This document shows positions 62,007 to 64,000 of a stretch of 64,000 nt of DNA, in pieces (position 1 is the stretch's first letter; the number at the start of each line of letters is the position of its first letter). A program made the translations under genes and the position numbers. The DNA lies in NCBI RefSeq assembly GCF_018350175.1, contig NC_058378.1, forward strand, positions 65,348,001 through 65,412,000, written 5' to 3'. Below the pieces are notes generated by a model, which saw nothing but the letters and a program-made list of their open reading frames with translations, was not told the origin of the DNA and did not search any database. The DNA is from Felis catus (lineage: Eukaryota).

Positions 62007-63464
62007 TCCCTAACCTATTTCTCTCCAGTTTTTTTCTGTACTTGTTAATTTTAAACGTCAGGAGTGTCCAAGTGAGACCAAGCTAGAGCAAGGAATTGAG
62101 ATTGAGAATGATAAAGGCCTGGTCTCTGAATATATCTAGCTAGTTTTCAGTACCCTTCTCTCCCTCAGGTATTGCATCTAGTGTTCTATTATGATGAAAA
62201 CCTGAAACCCAAATATGAAACTTTTCCATTGTCTTTTCCCTGAGAGAGATCATAAAGCGGCCACTCCCAAGAATAAGTTCAGCAGAATGGACTGCTATCT
62301 ATTAGGGTAGAGGTTCTCAATTGTGGCTGCACATAGACATCATCATTGGAACTTTAATACCTAAGCCAGGTCCCACAGCAAGACAATTAAATCAGAATCT
62401 GTAGGGCTGAGGACAAATCATCTCCTTTCTTAGACTGATTCAAGTACCACAATGTTTGTGCTGCCTAAGCACTTTGCATAGAATGTTATTTTTGTACTGA
62501 TCACATTTTTTTGGTAATTATTTATGTGTAAGTGCCTTCACCCCACCTCCCCATGAGTCTGCAGTGTGGGGACTATATCATCAGCATAGACATTAGGTAC
62601 CTAGGACATATGCATATTTAAAAGTAAATTAAATATTATGGAAAAGCCTTGAAATTGCACATGCTGTGAAATAATCTATGGAATATCAAAGTTTAATTTA
62701 TGCCTCCTGGGAAAAAAAATTCTGAACATATTTTGCAAGTCTGTTTCTCCATTTCTGAGGCTAAAGAATTACTCTAGTATACTTTCATTGCAACTCAGAA
62801 GTGGTCTTTTGACTAAGCATTAATAAAATTTCTAAATCATAAACAAACTAAGATTTATCACTTGTCCTAAGGTTGACACTGCCATTACTCTTAATTACTC
62901 CCTAACTCTCACACATTATTCATTATGTCCCCAGAGAGGGGAAATGAGAAGAGAGTTCTGCTTTAAGAAAGAATGAATTCTTCCTGAGGTTACATCTTGT
63001 ATACTCAAAATATCTCCCCTAGATGGTTATTTATAGCACTCCCTGGGAAAAGCAATGGCAAGTTCTGGTAAACAGTGAATTAAAAAAAAAAAAAAAAAGA
63101 AAGAAACCTTTGGGATTTTGTTAGGGAACCATCACTCCTTTGAAATTACAATAGAAAAGAATTACTCGACATTTAGCTCTGGTCCTTGTTTACAGAGAGG
63201 TGGGGGGAGGGGGCCGGGGGACAAGCAGCAGGATTTCTCTCCCAGAGGATACCAGTCGGTGTTACCTGGTGAACTGGGAGAGATACTAGACATTGTAGCT
63301 CAGAACAGCAGTCTGCATCCTGGAAATACCACCTTGGTATTTTCCTGCAGAGATGGTTGTGGCCTGTTCCATAGTTGTAGAAGTCTTCATGTATCATTCT
63401 CCTAAGAAAGAATTCTTCATGTATATGCCCATTTTGAATAATCAGAGTATCATTAGGTTCTAGT

Positions 63465-63600
63465 TATTGGATAACTTACATGTACCAGGCACTAAGTACT
63501 TTAGCATACTGACTCATCTAATGCCTCTTAAGAATCATGAGAGGTAGCTATTATTTACCCCAGTTTTACAAGTGAAGAAACAGGCTTAAGGAGGTGAAGA
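63465..63600 (-). mobile_element. MIR
   Basis: tgtaccaggcactaagtacttt...gaggtagctattatt...ccagttttacaagtgaagaaacaggcttaaggaggtgaag. Confidence 0.8.
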
Positions 63601-64000
63601 CTGTGAGTGTCTTATATATTGCATTGCACCACCAATGTTTTATCACACAAATGTTGTAAGTGAAATAAGGCAGTATAGTTAGTTTGCTGGGGTGCATGGT
63701 GGGAGATACCAGAAATACTTTAATAGGAGTATTGCCAGTAGATAAAGCAGGGTCTGCAATGACCAACAAATGATGGCTGACCTATGTTATGTGGTCATCC
63801 ACAGGTACTAAAAAAGATTTCTGGTCAATGAGATATCAGACTTTCTCACTACGAACCCTACTGGAAAGGCCTTTCAATTGTCAGCCACTGACTTTGGTAT
63901 CTAGTACAGACTAGATCTATCAGAGATGCATCCCAGGACCTCAAAAAGACTGACCAGAAGATTTAGCTGATGACTGTCCAAGTGAAAGAGAGTTCTCTCT

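Overview
AT-rich, repeat-dense mammalian genomic DNA. The roughly 23 tRNA-derived carnivore SINEs (Can-SINE, SINEC_Fc type, with CT-rich region and A-tail) point to a cat or other felid. I recognise no protein-coding exon, RNA gene or CRISPR array, so the window reads as intergenic or deep intronic. Most ORF-track entries are chance ORFs or read-through of repeats. The main structured feature is an ancient minus-strand ERV-L provirus remnant at about 14.0-17.2 kb, with an LTR16-like 5' LTR and still-legible gag, pro, RT and RNase H motifs. Other content: MaLR (MLT1) and MER34-like solo LTRs, old L1M fragments, L2, MIR and CR1 relics, hAT MITEs, several nested SINE-in-SINE insertions with readable TSDs, short local duplications (one tied to a hairpin), a 140-N assembly gap, and a few repeat-poor blocks that may be enhancers or non-coding exons. 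I found no supportable evidence for a novel biological system. Repeat subfamily names come from recalled consensus sequences and need RepeatMasker/Dfam confirmation. Boundaries of old repeats are approximate.
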